Position numbers and translations under genes: made by a program. The notes beneath the pieces are model-generated. The model made no database searches, was not told the origin of the DNA, and saw only the letters and a list, made by a program, of their open reading frames with translations. From the human T2T-CHM13v2.0 reference genome, Homo sapiens: a DNA stretch of 64,000 nt. Positions 39,490 through 53,790 of this stretch are shown here, piece by piece (the stretch's first letter is position 1; each line of letters starts with the position of its first letter). The DNA is taken from assembly GCF_009914755.1 (NCBI RefSeq), contig NC_060927.1, one strand, 5' to 3'.

Positions 39490-40360
39490 TTGACAGCATT
39501 CCTGATTTCCCTTCACCACTAAACCTGACCTTTGTCTTCACCATCTTTATAAATCACAACACCACATTGCTATTGGTTTAGATCAACACAACTTGGAGTT
39601 CTCTTTGACTCTTCTCTTTCTCACTCCTAATCCAATCAATCAGCAAATGGTCTCTTTCCTACCTTTACAGCATTTACAGAAATCACTGTCTCATTATTTG
39701 GTCCAAGTCATCATCCACTGTCCCTGTGGATTGCTACAATTGACCCACAACTAATTACCTTTCTTCTACCCCAATCCCCTTCATTGAGTTCTTATCAGAA
39801 CAACCAGAGGGAGACTATTCGAAATAAGTTGTATCACTTCATCCTCTGTTCAAATCCTGCTGAGGGTTCTTTCTCATTCAGAGTAAAGTCCAAAGTCCTT
39901 ACTCTGTCTTTGTAGGCCTCACAATTTCTCACCTCCAGGTATCTCTCTCTGTCTTCTCCTCTCTTCTCCCTTATTATCTTATTCCCACCCACCCTGGCCT
40001 GCATGCTGTTTCTTTCCCTACCAGATATCCTCTCTTAGACCAGATAACCCTCACAGTTGACTCTCTCCCTGCATTCAGGTCTCTGCTCAAATGTAAACTC
40101 ATCTGAGAGGAGGTTTTTTTCCCCACTTATATAAAATATTACTCCTCCAATACTTTATGTCTCCCACACTCTGTTTTATATTCTTTATGTCACTTAATCT
40201 CACAGACATTATTTTAAAAAAAAATTCAGATATTGCCTCCTTCCCTCACAGAGTCTGGGGCTTTGTTGCTTCGTTTTGTTCACTGATATCTCCATAGTAT
40301 CTAGAAAGGGCATGGCCTGTAGTGCCCCTCAAGAAATACCTGTTGAATGAATGAATAAAT
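39490..40360 (+). mobile_element. L2 3' portion
   Basis: CTTGGAGTTCTCTTTGACTCTTCTCTTTCTCAC, TCAGAGTAAAGTCCAAAGTCCTTAC, TTCAGGTCTCTGCTCAAATGT, terminal TGTTGAATGAATGAAT. Confidence 0.85.
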
Positions 40361-41429
40361 TAATGAGAAAAAGAGGATGGGAAGTGAACCTTCAAATCAT
40401 GACTATGATACCTGCTACCCATAAGATAATAACTAACTGATCTCTGATCCTCATTTTAATCTTCTCTTGAGTGGGCATAATAATATATAACTGAGGATAT
40501 TCACGTGAAGATGAAATAAAATTATCCTAATAAACATCCCACACAAGGCCCTACACAAAAAAATGGACTCAATATGAGTTTGATAAATCATCAAATTTTG
40601 AAAAAAAAAATGCAACCAAAGTCATCTAGTGATCTTGAGGGAAAGTACCTTGCAAGATTTTTCAGGCTAATGATGTAAATAAATTCACATAATCTCCAAG
40701 CATTAAATGGAATTTACAATGCCTTAATTCAATTCTCTAAAGCATTAAATATCCACGATTAAGAAATATCTGTGTTATTTATGCCTTGTAAAAATGGCAT
40801 TTATTATAAACCTGAAACATTGGGCAGAATGTTTGGGAGCCTTTGCGACTTTTGACTAACCCGCTGAGAACAATCTTGATAGAAAGAGATTGGCACTTCT
40901 CATACCTTGTCCCCCAGGGAAGGCTGCTGTCACTCCTAACATGCAGAGAGTGCCCTTCTGTAGCTCAGCTGACATGAAGCATGCCTCCTTTGAGAGTGCA
41001 GTCAGCCCAGGCTTGAGTTCCTTTTTCACCAGAATTACCCTGAGAAAAATGCATCTGGAAACCTTCATGCCACCCCTGATGCAACTGCCAGCCTTCCACT
41101 CCTAGGGCAGATATTTCTTCCTCACTTTGCTCAAGCTCTTCTTGTCTTCCTGTAGCATCCCTTGCTTCCATTCTTTTCTTCCTTCCCAAGATTTTTCCAT
41201 TGTGCCTAAAGGAATTCACTTTCCCCTTTCACTTCTTGAAATTTCCCTTCTCCTTCTGGCTTATATATATACATTTATTTATAAATAAATCATAATTTAT
41301 TTACATATATTCTAAAATTATAATTTTATAATCTGTAAAATCTATAATATAAAAGTATAGATTATAAAATTATATTATATATGTAGAATTATAATAGGTA
41401 GGTTGGAATCTCTTATTAATTCTATTTAA

Positions 41430-41935
41430 CAAGACTTTGTGCAATACTGAAAATTTTCTATGTCTGTGCTGCTCAACATGGTCGCTACTAGCTATATGCA
41501 ACTATTTAGGACAGGGGTTCCCAACCCCTGGGCTGGGGACTGATAGGAACCAGGTAGCACAGCATGAGGTGAGTGGCCAGAGCAAGCATTACCACCTGAA
41601 CTCTGCCTCCTGTCAGATAACCAGCGACCTTAGATTCTCACGGGAGTGTGAATCCTATTGTGAACTGCTCATGTGAGGGGTCTAGATTGCATGATCCTTA
41701 TAAGAATCTAATGCCTGATAATCTGAAGTGGAAGTTTCATACCGAAACCATCCCTAACCCTTCTGTGGAAAAAATATCTTCCAGGAAACCAGTTCCTGGT
41801 GCAAAAGTTTGGGGACTGCTGATTTGGGACTTTAAATATGTTTAGTGTAACTGAGGAACTGATTGTTTCATTTTTTATTAATTTAAATTAAATAGTGACA
41901 CATCGCTAGTGGCTACTATATTCAACATCATAGTT
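41430..41935. mobile_element. MER3 (hAT-Charlie) split by MER1B
   Basis: TCTATGTCTGTGCTGCTCAACATGGTCGCTACTAGC on the left; TAGTGTAACTGAGGAACTGA...GCTAGTGGCTACTATATT on the right. Confidence 0.8.
41512..41821. mobile_element. MER1B-like hAT element with 8-bp TSD ATTT(A/G)GGA
   Basis: TIRs CAGGGGTTCCCAACC / GTTTGGGGACTGCTG; TSD at 41504-41511 and 41822-41829. Confidence 0.88.
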
Positions 41936-42807
41936 CTAGCCCCTTTCTCTTCCACCCTAAAATGAAAGACTACTTATGATTCTGGAGATAATACTCTCGA
42001 CTCTTTACCTTCTAACTAATTCCATTCATCAATTAAACATATCAATTTAATTTTTTGTCTCCTGGTTTTTCATCTTACATCCCACCTCAAGCCACACCAT
42101 TACAGTGGGAAACTTCAACTTTTTATACATGTAACCTATCTTCAAACCCTGAAGCTGCAATCTATAATATTCTTATTTTAAATGTATTATACTCTATAGT
42201 CTCTCACATATGAAATATTAAATTTGAACCATGTTACCTTTTGACCACCATAGTTGAGAGAAGTGTTAAATAATGTCTTGTGTAGTAATATGCCATCTAT
42301 TTAAAGTTATCCCCTGGTGCTGCAGTTAGGATTCAGTGCTTTTCTACGCTATGCATCACCAGCCACCCGGTCTGTAATCTTGTAGCACTTAATACACTTC
42401 CAATATAATACACTGTAGCACTTGATAGCACTTATTGTAACCATCTCTTGATTTTTCTATATTCCCATTAGAATTTGTAGGGGAAAACTTTCTCATTTAC
42501 ATTCACTACCCAGCACTTTAGATGGTACCAGACACATAAAAGGCTCTCAATAAAGGAGTAAGTTAATGAATGAACTCATTTTATTGGCTGATGCGATGAG
42601 TCACAATATTTTATAAGATCCCTGACAACTGCTCTACACTCACATGAATTGTCAACAGTGATCTGAACAGAGAAATAGGGTTGTGGTGTGTCCCCTGGTA
42701 ATCATACAGAGCCTAGACAGATCACAAATGCATTAGGATAGTCTCATCCTGATGAGGATTTGCATTTCTAACTAGAATTTAACCCATCTAGCAATTCAAT
42801 TTTGTAG

Positions 42808-43264
<457 letters not shown>

Positions 43265-43799
43265 AATTGCTTGAATTAAAAAATATTGCTGTTTCAATAG
43301 CTTGTTTTAGCTTAAACACAATGCAGAAATGGCTCATCCTTACCAAGAACTTGATATGTTTTCTGTGAATGAACGCAAAACCCAATTTCAGATGATAGTT
43401 ACAACATACACCATTCAGTCTCTATTTTTACAATATTAACATGTAGAAATTTTTTTCTGAAAATATATGAACATTAAAAAAAGAAAATATGTATCAACTT
43501 AAGTATTGTGTTCTGTGAGACCAAGGTTCTAACCATGTCAGCTCTCCTTGTATTTTATGGACAATGTGTTTTAAAATTCTAAGGCAGAATGCTATGATTG
43601 AAAATACTTAACACAGAAATCTTAGTATGTTCTTCAGAAACAGATAGAATCTTTGCAAGCTCTAAGAGATTCTTAAGAAATTTTGAACATTACTTGTCTT
43701 CTTTATACTTTATTATTATTATATTTTTAAAGAAAATAAAATTATCTAAATCCAGTCCTACTCCAAGTGTTTTAAATACTATTCCTATTAAATAATAAG

Positions 43800-44050
43800 A
43801 ATAACAAATCATAACAGCCTAGCATTTTGATTGCTTCCCTTGGGGAAATCTCTGTTAAATGCTCTGTGTAACTTATCTAATTTAATACTCATATCAACAC
43901 ATAAGTTTAATATTAATGTAATCGTTTTGCAGATGAGGAAGCTGAGGTCCAGGGAGGTTAAATACATTTACCAATAATATAAAAATTATACATTTAATCA
44001 ATTCTTTTAATTTGGTTCCAATGCCCATGTCATTAACGGCTGAACAACAT
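43800..44050 (-). mobile_element. MIR
   Basis: TTTTGCAGATGAGGAAGCTGAGGTCCAGGGAGGTTAAAT core. Confidence 0.8.
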
Positions 44051-44479
44051 TGCCCTGCTCTTAAGCTCTGCTATATGTAATTACATGAGCCTCATATCAT
44101 CTGTTTTTCTCCAGTGCAAATATTACATTGTTCTAATTACCATAGATTTATAGACTATAAAGCCATAGAACATCTGGTAGGGCAAGACTTTGCTCCTAAT
44201 ATCTGGAAAGGTAAATCGTTCCTCATTTTTATTTACTATTTATAATACATTATGTATTCCTCAAGTGAGAAATACATAATGTAAAATTATGTATAATGTA
44301 TAATACCTCAAGTGAGGAATACATCATGTATAATAGTATTTTATTATGCTAATATATACTGTATAAGTATAGTATATGCTTGATATACAAATATAATATA
44401 TGCTATAATACATTATACATATATTCATTGTATGAATACATATATAATGCATATATTCATTTAGCTCCATAATATATGC

Positions 44480-45900
44480 TATAAGAATTTGAATTAGAAT
44501 TATATTGAATTTATAGATTGTTTTATGTAAAATGCATTTGCATATAATTTTGAAGCTTTATATACAGAAATATGGTATATCTCTTTATTATGAGATCTTA
44601 TTTGCCTTTTACAAAGTTTTATACTCTTCTTTATTTAGCTCTTAATGTGTCTTGACAGCTGTCTTTCAAAGAATTTAGTAGTGTTTTTATTGTTTTTAAT
44701 GGTATTTTTCCATTATTAAGAAAATCAATATTTCTTTTCAAATGCATCAATATGGAGACTAAGAAGACTTGATTTTTAAACTTTGAATTTTGAAATAATT
44801 TTAAATATAAAAAATTTTGCCAGTATGATGTAGGGATATTTGACCTACCCTTCACCCACCTCTCCCTAATGTCAACACTTCGCACAGCCATGGTATAATG
44901 TTCTAAACTACAAAATTAGTATCAGTACAACATTATCAACTAAATTAAAGACTTTATTTAGAATGCATTAGTTTTTAAGGTTCTTTTTCTCTATCAAGAT
45001 TATACAAAAAATTTTATTTTTTCCTTCAATCTGTGACCATCAATTTTTTATTGTCTCTTACAACTTTGACACTTTCTAAGAGTACTGGAGAGTTATTTTA
45101 TAGAATGTCCCATAATTAAAGTTTGCCTAATATTTTCTTATGATTAGATGATTATTTTTTAAAAGGATACAGACACATGATGCATTCTTCTCAGTATATC
45201 TCATCAGGTTACATGATGCCAACACATCCTTTTATTGGTGATATTACCTCAATCACTTGGTTAAGGTGGAGTTTACTGGGTTTCTCCACGATAAATCTAC
45301 TATTTTCCCCTTTGCAATTAACAAATATCTTGGGAGATATACTTTGAGACTTTGTAAATAACCTTTTTCTCCTCAAACTCTGAACCCCTAATGTTACTAT
45401 TCATCATTAAGTCTTGCAGACGGTAATTATTAGTATTGAGTTCTGCTGATAATTTTTTATTCCATAATTCCTTCTACATTTGATGTTCTTTAAACAAGAG
45501 ATAACTCTGCTCATTTATCCATCTCTCTATCTCCGTACCAGTCTATCTACCTATCTATCACCTACCTGTCTATCTATCTAAATCCGTTTATTTATTTATT
45601 TCCATTTGGATCCCTATATGTATTACTTTTATTTGATGTCTTTTAATTCAATAATATTGTTATTTACTTTGTAGCTCAAATTATTCCAGCTTTGTCTCTT
45701 GGAAACACTTCCTGGTTGACTCCTGTTCTCTCTTCAATATATCTCCATACCATTTTGAACGCTTTCTTACTTTCTAGTACCAAAAAATGATCCAAGATCT
45801 CTGCTCTTTTTTTCATGGAGCTGTAGATCTGATTTTGTGTATTGGTGTTGAATTTTAGCTTAAAGTGTGAATTTTAGAAAAATTTTGGTAGGTTATTTTT
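44480..45900 (-). mobile_element. Old L1M fragments (ORF2 remnant plus L1MC-type 3' UTR ~44800-45800)
   Basis: GAGTACTGGAGAGTTATTTTATAGAATGTCCC, ATCACTTGGTTAAGGTGG, GGGAGATATACTTTGAGACT. Confidence 0.7.
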
Positions 45901-46411
45901 TATTCTGAAATACATTATAAAATGTTTTTAGAAATATGTTTAATCTTAATTGCAGTATATAATTGTATTTGTGTATCTCCATTTTACAGATTATCTAAAA
46001 ATATTAATGTGGTATTTAAAATGTTCTAGGTCACATATCTATGGAATGGCAAAAATCTAGACTTGATACAACTATTATAATTCCAAAATCCATGATCACT
46101 CTTCATACCACTGAGCCTATCATAGGAAGAGATAAATACTATCTGCTTATCATGACATTAAGCATTTAACACATGGTTCTTTGTAAACCATGATGTTTAT
46201 AGCGTCTGTAGCTCCCTGAAAGATACCTGTATGGGGCCTTGTACAACCTTTACCTCAGCCAAGGTTATACACCAAATATCTGGTAAAAATGAGATTCACA
46301 CTCAGATTTGCCTTGCTTTAAATGCTACCCCACCTTGCCATCCTTAAAATATAAGCAATCTGCTGAGATGTTAAATTTCAAAGTTGTTTTGGTGAAAGAG
46401 GTGGATAAGAC

Positions 46412-46558
46412 ATGAGTGTATATGTATGTGTGTGTGTGTATATATACGAGTGTACATTTTTGTATATACATATATATGAGTGTACATTTATATATATACA
46501 TATGAGTGTACATTTATATATATAAACATGCATATAAGATGTGTGTGTGTATGTGTAT
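46412..46558. repeat. TA/TG-rich minisatellite with recurring GAGTGTACATTT units
   Basis: Read directly; abuts the 5' junction of the L1MA. Confidence 0.8.
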
Positions 46559-46559
46559 A

Positions 46560-48635
46560 GAATGCAAAAACCTCCACCAAAAACTGGTTAGAAATAATAA
46601 CTGAATTTAGTAAAGCTGCAGGATATAAAATCAACATGTAAAAATCAGTAGTGTTTCCATATGCCAATAATAAGCAATCTCAAAAATGTCAATAAAACAA
46701 TTTCATTTACAATAGCCAAAGAAAAATACCTAGGAATAAATTTGACCAAGAAGGTGAAACATCTCTATAATGAAAATTATAAAACGGGATGAGAAAAACT
46801 GAAGAGGACATAATAAATAGAGCAATATCTTGTGTTCATGGATGGAAGAATTAATATTGCTAAAATGGTCCTACTACCCCAAACAATTTATGGACTGAAT
46901 GCAATCCTGATCAAAATACCAATGATATTCTTCACAGAAACAGAAAATAATCTTAAAATTCATATGGAACCACAAAAGAACCCAAATAGCCAAAGCAATC
47001 TTTTGCAAAAAGAACAACGCTGGAGGCATCACACTACCTGAATTTAAAATATACTACAAAGTATAGCAAACAAAACAGAATGGTACTGGAATAAAACAGA
47101 CACACAGAGCAATGGAACAGAATAGAGAACCCCAAAAACATATCAATGCATTTATAATCAACTGATTTTCAACAAAGTTTTCAAGAACACATATTGGGGA
47201 AATAATGGTATCTTCAATAAAAGTGATAGGAAAACCAGGTAGTCACATGCTGAAGACTAAAACTGGATCCCAGATTTTCACCATATATAACAATCAAATC
47301 AAAATGGGTTAATGACTTAAATATAAGACCCCAAACTATGAAACTACTGGAAGAAAACAGATGAAATGCTTCATGGAATTTGGCTGGGCAAGCATTTTTA
47401 TATAAGACCTCAAAAGCACAGGAAAAAAAAAGCAAAAAGTAGACAAATGAAATTATGTCCAACTAAAAAGCTGTTGCACAGCTGGAAATAATAAAGTGAA
47501 GAGACAACCAACATAATAGGAGATAGTATTTTCAAACTATGCGCATGATAAATGTCAATATCCAAAATATATAACAACTCAAAGAACTCAATAGAACACA
47601 CACAAAACATAACACAATTTAAGAATAGGTGAAAGATCTGAATAGAAATTTCCCAAAAGAAGGCATAGAAATGACCAACAGATATATGATTAAATGTTCA
47701 ACATCAGGAATCATTGGAGATTCAAATCAAACTTACAATAAAATACTACCTCACCCAAGTTAGAATGGCTATTACTAAAAAGACAAAAATAACAAATGCT
47801 GGTAAGCATGCAGAGAAAAGGAAACTTTTATACACTGCAGGTAGCAATGCAAATTAGTAAAGCTATTTTGAAAAGCAGTATAGCAGTTCCTCAAAAAAAT
47901 TAAAAATAGAACTACCATATGATCCAGCAATCCTGTTTTTGAATATATATCCAAATAAATGCAATCAGTACATTGAAGATACATCTGCATTCCCATGTTT
48001 GTTGCAGTGATATTCACAATGGCCACGATATAGAATCATTTTAATGCCCATCCACAGATGAATTGATACAGAAAATTTGGTGTGTGTACACACACACACA
48101 CACACACACACACGATTCAAAATGGACTATCATTCAGCCTTAAAAACAGAATGAAATCCTGTCATTTATGGCAATATATATGAACCTGGAGGACATTATG
48201 TTAAGTAAAATAAGCCAGGCACAGAAAGACACCACATGTTATCATTCACTTGTATAGTCTAAAAAGTTTATTTCATGAAAGTAGACAGTAGAACAGTGAT
48301 TGTAGAGGCTGGAGAAAGGGGAGGAGATGTGGTATTGGGGGAGATTGGTCAATAGGTACAAAGTTAGAGTTAAACAGTAAGAATAGGTTCTGGTGTTCTA
48401 TTACACAGTAGGGTGACTATAGCAAATAATAATGTGGTATATATTTCAAGATCACTAGAAAAGAGGATTTTGAATTTTGTCACCACAAAGAAATGATAAA
48501 TGTTTAAAGTGATAGATATGGTAATTGCCCCTATTTAATCATTATATGATGTTTACATACATCAAAATATCATATTGTACCCCATAAATAAGTACAATTA
48601 TTATGTGTCAATGAAAAATAAAATGATTAATGGGA
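46560..48635 (+). mobile_element. 5'-truncated L1MA (about L1MA4-7): ORF2 3' half plus 3' UTR, with internal (CA)n at ~48088-48112
   Basis: ORF 46832..47041 ([26 protein letters not shown]); 3' UTR CACCACAAAGAAATGATAAATG...GTACAATTATTATGTGTCAAT and A tail. Confidence 0.92.
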
Positions 48636-48868
48636 AAATAAGCATCTTTATTAAAAAATAAGTTTAAATATATTATGCAGTGACTATCAAAAAAGTTGGA
48701 ATTTGTATATATACTTTGATCAGTCAAACATCAAGGAAATATAAGTAACACAATCTTAAGTTATCAAATAGGGATGAGTTTATTTTGTCTGTAGCTAATA
48801 TGATCTTCCTAATTTTAAATAATAATAAAGACAATTCAGTCCTAAAGTTCTATGTGCAAGAAGACATA

Positions 48869-51800
48869 TAGTTGACCCTTGAACATGTGAAGGTTGGGGG
48901 TGCCACCTCCTGCACAATTGAATATCCATGTGCAACATTTGACAACCCCAAAACTTAATTACTAATAGTCTACTGTTGACTAAAAAGCCTTACTGATAAA
49001 ATAAGGCATTGATAACACATAGTTTGCATGTTATATGTATTATATACTCTGTTCTTACACTAAGGTAAGCTAGAGAAAAAAGTTAAGAAAATCATAAGAA
49101 AGAAAATGTCTTCACCATTTTTTTAGTGAAAGTGGATCATCATAAAGGCTTTCATTGTTGTCCTCATGTTGAGTAGGCTGAGGAAGAGGAAGAAGAGGAC
49201 TTGATCTTTCTGTCAGAAGTGGCAGAGGTGGAGGGGTTGGAATAGGAGGCAGGAGAGGCAGGCACATTGGCTTAACAAACAGAAATACATTGTAATTTCT
49301 AACTCTTCTGGTTTTCCATTTCTTTGAAAATGTTTCTGTATGGTATCAATCCTTCTTCACCAGTTGCTTTAGTTTCAGTGCCCATATCATAGAAGCGTCC
49401 ATGTCATAAAAGAAGTCAAAGCAGTCTTGAACAATCAAAACCCTCCTGACAGATTGCCTAATGTCAATTTGTTTTCCAGCACTGCTTCTTCTATGTCTTC
49501 TTCCTTATCGTCAAATACTAATTTGGAAGCACTCATTTACATTATGTAATCTGTTAATTCATCTGCTGTGGTGTCTATTAGCTCTTGCATTTCTCCAAGA
49601 TCTATATCTTAATTCCCTTCAGCTGTCCCCACTCTTTTTTTTTTTTTTGCCATATCCATGATCTCTTTCATGATTTTCCTGACTGGCTCCATTTTAAATC
49701 CTGTGAATTTATGCACAACATGTGAGCACAGTTTTCTTCAGCAAAAATTCATTGTTTGGGACTTGATGGTTTTAATAGCTTTTTATATAATAATGATGGC
49801 ATTTTCAATGGTGTAAATCTTCCAGAGTTTCATGATTTCCCCTCTATCGGAGTCTTCCTTCATAGTGTTGATAATCTTTCCCATAAAGTGTTGTGCGTAA
49901 TGGACCTTAAAGGTCATTATGACCTCCTGGTCTAGAGGTGTAATTACAGACATTATATTTAGGGACAAGTAGATCACTTGCTCACTGTTGGTGTTTAACT
50001 CATGGGGTTCTGAGTTGTCAGGGGTGTCCTTCAATATCTAAAGAACTTTAAAAGCTAGTCCCTCACTGGTAAGGTACTTCCTGACTACTTCAGGAACAAA
50101 ATATCAATGGAGCTAGTGTAGAAAAAGGGCAATCGTTGTCCAGGTTTTCTTGTTTTACAATGAAAGTACTGGCAGCTGGTGTTTACCTTTTCCCTTCAAA
50201 TCTTGGGAGTTAGCAGTTTTACAGATAAAAGCAGCCCTGACCATAAACCTGATGATTGCATTTACATGAAAGAGTAAATGTAGCCTATCCCTTCCTGCCT
50301 TAATTCCTGGTGCTTAATCTCTTACTTGCTTATAAATGTTATTTGTGACATTTTTGCCAGAATAAGTCACTTTTATCTGCATTAAAAACTTGTTCAGAAA
50401 GATATCCTTTCTCTTCAATTATTTTCTTAATGAATGCCATGTGGGAACTTGTCTTCACCTTCTTGGTCAGAAGCTTCTTCTCCTGTTATCTCAACATTTT
50501 GTTTTTTGTTTTTTTTTTCAGTTGGGAGTCTCGCTTTGTTGCCCAGGCTGGAATGCAGTGGCGTGATCTCGGCTCACTGCAACTTCGGCCTCTCGGGTTC
50601 AAGTGAGTCTCTTTCCTCAGCCTCCCGAGTAGCTGGGACTACAGGCACGTGCCACCACGCCTGACTAATTTTTTATATTTTTAGTAGAGATGGAGTTTCA
50701 CCATGTTAGCCAGGATGGTCTCGATCTCTTGACCTTGTGATCGGCCCACTTTGGCCTCCCAAAGTGCTGCAATTACAGGCATGAGCCACCGTGCCAAGCC
50801 CTATCTTAACATTTTTTAAAAGTTAAATCTCTTTCTAAAATTGTTAAACCATCCTTTGTTGGCATTAAATTATCCAGCTTTAAAGCCTCATCATCTTTTT
50901 TCTTTCAGTTTTTGTATAATGACTTTACTTTTTCTTAAATCTAGAGTCTATAAGTAGGTCTTTCTTATAGCAATCCTGCATCCACATAAAAGTTGCACTT
51001 TCAATAGAATGGTATTTTAGGAAAAGTGCAGGTTTTCATTTTTTGCTGGCATAAATGTAGCAATGAGTACACATTTTTTTCTTTTTCTTTTCTTTTCTTT
51101 TTTTTTTTTTTAACAATGGTCCTTATGCTGGATTTATTTAAGTTGAAATGTGGTCAACCACAGCTGCAAATCTCAATCTACCATACATATTAAATAATTC
51201 AACTTTTTTCTTGTCATGTCATGACCTTCCTCTGCTTCTTGAGAGCACTTCCAGCATCACTAGTGGCACTTTATATGGGACTGTGATTTTCAATGCTTAT
51301 CATATTACATTAAATATGATGAAAAATTATGATATCACATTAAATATTATGAAAAATACACTAGAACGGCGAGAGATCACTTTTAACTGAGATATGCTAC
51401 TTACTGGAAAGATGAACTTCTCATGTAGAGATCAGAGTCATAGGGCATTTTATGCTGACACTTGCAACATTTGAGCTGTCTGCAGTAGTCACAGAGGGTG
51501 GCTATGAAATATTAGAGCAGTAATTTTATGCATTTACAATTTAATACTGCATCTTTCCATTTGTTTACATTTATCTCAACTTTGACACCATTTCTGGTAA
51601 GTGTGTGCATAAGTTTTGATAGATATTTACTTTTTATAATAGGTTTGCCTATAGTTTATGGTAGTAAATGATAAAATAGACTAGTGTCTACATGTTTTGT
51701 GTATGCATAACATACCTAATCTTTTCTTCATTTTTTCAGTATTTCTAGGCTACAAGATTCACCTATGAGTTTTTTCAAATTGTTAAAAAACTCTAAAAAA

Positions 51801-51878
51801 TGTTTCAATATATTTACTGAAAAAAATGTACATATAAGTGGGCTCATGCAGTTTAAGCCCAAGTTATTGGGTCAACTG
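48869..51878 (-). mobile_element. Near full-length Tigger2-like (pogo) DNA transposon with TA TSDs and decayed transposase
   Basis: TIRs (T)AGTTGACCC / GGGTCAACTG flanked by TA. ORF 49783..50034 (YLSLNIMSVITPLDQEVIMTFKVHY) matches the pogo DDE motif LPPNTTSLIQPLDQGVI. Confidence 0.9.
50501..50800 (-). mobile_element. AluSc/Sg-like inserted in the Tigger, TSD TATCT(C/T)AACATTTT
   Basis: Full Alu; TSD at 50487-50500 / 50802-50815. Confidence 0.93.
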
Positions 51879-53102
51879 TATATACATGTATATATAATGC
51901 ATATGTATATGTATATATGTAGGGACAGATCATGCTAATTAAATATATCGCATATATATATCATACTCATTATTTTCCAAATCTCTATAAGAGTTCACAT
52001 GTCCTGACAATGTGAATTTTTTGCAGGGTCACATTGAATTTGGGACTGTCAAGCTATTGAGGATACAGATCTCTATAGAAATTGCACAAAAGTGGCTACA
52101 AATAAAAGATAAATCAATAACTTTCTCAAATCTGAGAGAGAGAAAAAAATTCCAATGTACTTTAACAGTAACACACGCTTTGGAGCATGAAATCTGCCAC
52201 AGATTTTACAAGTGACTGAATAATTTTGATCTTTGGTTTTCTTGTCATTGAAATCATTTTGGTAACATCTACTCACAAGGGTAATTGTAAAGATTAAGTC
52301 AGCTGGTATAGGTAAAGCCATCAGCACACTGCTTAGCATGTATGAACTGCTCTGTTAATGGTAAGTGTAACTGCTGGTCTTATCATTATTATCATGAGCA
52401 ACACTGTCATTACTAATATTAAGATTAATTATAGCCTTCCATGTATGTTGCTATTCTCTTCTCTGGAATTATATTCCCTCTTAGTAAAACAGGTTTAGCT
52501 AATCTAGTACAGCTATACCCAGAGATGCCTGCATGTGCTTTGCTAAGACCTGAAGTTGGTGTCTATGATGCTGGTAATGATTGAAGAAAGAACAAGAACC
52601 CACTTCACTCAGCAATACTTTATAACACAGCCTCAGAGAGGACAATTTCCTTCCCCATGACAGTTTTATTATTACAGCTTTCATCTCAACAAGCGGAATA
52701 AATACAACCTTCATAAGAAGTGCTCCAGATAGGCCAGCAAGTATTACACTGACTTTTGACACAGGAAACACTGAAATTATGAATGTAATATTGTCATGTT
52801 TGTTTTGTGCCTTGGAAAGCCAGCTAGAATATTGAATATAAAGTTGTATTGTAGAAATGTAAATCAGCTGTTAAACTATATTAATAAGAAGCAGTCTCTC
52901 CTTTCATTATCTAGCTCCTGTTCTCTTTTTCTTTGTCATGTAAACATTTAGGTTACAGATGAAGTGTTCCTTACATTAATGTACATGTGACTTCTGGATG
53001 AGATTAGAAATCATGCTGCTGCTTTAAGATATTCACATGAATACATTTAGGGGAAATGCTTCTATTTTTTAATACTAAGGTAAACCTTCCATTAAAGTTT
53101 AA

Positions 53103-53477
<375 letters not shown>

Positions 53478-53790
53478 TCAGATACACTATTAAAAATAAA
53501 GTTGACAATTTTATGAATATGCATTGTTGAGGGACCTATATCATATTGATTATATGGTTAATCTTTGAGCTCTTGCTTAAATCTGCCTGGGATCATATTC
53601 TGCCTTATGTTAAACACATTACTGAACTTCTCTCTGCTCCACTCATTCAACAGATGTTTAGTGACCCTGAACCATGGGCTGCACACCATTCTAACAAAAC
53701 ATTGAACAAAGGAGAATAATCTGTAAGCAAATAATGCTTACACATTAGTGGGAGATCAATAAATGATTAAAAAATGTGTATCAGGTGATG

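Noticed and set aside
40856-41219. Overlapping ORFs in a mildly GC-richer unique patch
   Set aside because: No recognisable protein similarity or convincing splice-site pair. It could be regulatory, but the sequence alone does not show that.
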